The notes below the pieces were generated by a model. That model worked only from the letters and a program-made list of their open reading frames with translations. It was not told the DNA's origin and searched no databases. Both the position numbers and the translations under genes were made by a program. From Smithellaceae bacterium (GTDB lineage: Bacteria; Desulfobacterota; Syntrophia; Syntrophales; Smithellaceae), in assembly GCA_963667845.2 (NCBI GenBank), contig CAXXVL010000002.1:3232001-3296000 (forward strand): DNA of 64,000 nucleotides. Reading direction: 5' to 3'. Shown piece after piece: positions 63,042-64,000 of the stretch. Position 1 is the first letter of the stretch, and each line of letters begins with the position of its first letter.

Positions 63042-64000
63042 TCATTCTTCTCCGAATACAGAGATCTTCATGTCGGCAGTCAGCCCGCGACTGTTTTTTA
63101 ATGTTCTGGCCAACCCGTCCACCTTGGCAAGCTCATAGGTCATGAAATACCTCAGCGTCTGAAGCTTGCGCTCGTAGAAGTTTTTGTCACCATCAAACGC
63201 GGCACCCTGAAGCGCGTTGTGGGCGGCAATCCCCTGCAAAAGCCACTGCCAGCCGATGGCCACAAGGCCGACCATTTCCAGGTAGAGGGTTGCATCGGCA
63301 AGGAATTCTTCTGCATCATGCCGGCCGGCCACTTCCAGGAGATACGCGGTGACGTCATCCATAATGCCCAGCCCTCTGGCCAGTTCATCAGCCTGGCGGC
63401 TGATATCCGGAATCATGCCGGCCGTCAGAACAGTCTTTCTAACTTCGCCAATGAAAAGTTTATAAGCCTGGCCGTTTTTCATGGTTACTTTCCTGCCTAA
63501 AAGGTCTATCCCCTGAATGCCTGTGGATCCTTCGAGAATAGCGTCGATCCGGATATCGCGGTAATATTGTTCGATCGGGAAATCCCGGCAAAAACCATAG
63601 CCCCCCAGGCACTGCATGGCCGCGCTGATGGAAAGGGTTCCATATTCGGCGGGAAAAGTCTTCACGATCGGGACAAGGAATTCGACCAGCAGTTCGTGTT
63701 TTTCTTTCTCGATGCCCGACTTCGCCAGGTCCATATACTTGCTCAGTTGCAGGGCAAGGCCAAGCCCGCCCTCCGTGACACTGAGCTGAAAAAGAAGCAG
63801 CCGGCGGATATCGGCGTGCTCGATCAGGGGGATCTGGGGAGACGCGGGATCCTTCTGGCCGGGTTTTCGGCCCTGTAAGCGTTGCTTCGTATACTCTAAG
63901 CAGGCATAGTAGGCAGCAGTCGCCTTGGCCGCCGCGATAATTCCCGTCCCGATTCGTGCCTCGTTCATCATCTGGAACATGTAGGACAATCCCCTGTGGG
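63042..64000 (-). CDS. Acyl-CoA dehydrogenase (long FadE5-like type), 5' part outside the window
   Basis: MFQMMNEARIG, RLQGR, LGGYGF, EGSTGIQ.IDL. Confidence 0.9.
   Translation of the reverse strand, partial: HRGLSYMFQMMNEARIGTGIIAAAKATAAYYACLEYTKQRLQGRKPGQKDPASPQIPLIEHADIRRLLLFQLSVTEGGLGLALQLSKYMDLAKSGIEKEKHELLVEFLVPIVKTFPAEYGTLSISAAMQCLGGYGFCRDFPIEQYYRDIRIDAILEGSTGIQGIDLLGRKVTMKNGQAYKLFIGEVRKTVLTAGMIPDISRQADELARGLGIMDDVTAYLLEVAGRHDAEEFLADATLYLEMVGLVAIGWQWLLQGIAAHNALQGAAFDGDKNFYERKLQTLRYFMTYELAKVDGLARTLKNSRGLTADMKISVFGEE

Overview
Bacterial chromosomal window. Gene content and order suggest an anaerobic, fatty-acid-oxidising deltaproteobacterium of the Syntrophales/Smithella type (inference, not confirmed). 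Bases 1-3.6 kb are AT-rich and hold a truncated PilM-like gene with a rich upstream regulatory region (perfect CRP-type box, sigma54 -24/-12 element, 15-bp inverted repeat) plus an L,D-transpeptidase. Bases 3.7-30 kb are mostly housekeeping: tRNA-Gly/Cys, pgsA, tal, folK, dapAB, argBDFGH, hslUV, xerC, miaB, rsmA, tsaD, nadB, purB, a divergent metK behind a SAM-II-type riboswitch with a terminator/antiterminator switch, a GAF/HD-GYP protein and nrdDG with tandem NrdR boxes. The main observation is at 29.9-43.4 kb: apparent homologues of all four mycobacterial methylmannose polysaccharide (MMP) genes (ManT, MeT3, MmpH, MeT1), extended by an acyltransferase and a B12-dependent radical SAM enzyme. 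A three-gene module (CHASE2 adenylate cyclase, giant NHL-FN3-transglutaminase-TPR protein, small exported protein) sits between them. Bases 43.5-64 kb are accessory and acyl-CoA metabolism genes, with three copies of a modular palindromic repeat. All homology calls come from recalled family motifs, not database searches.
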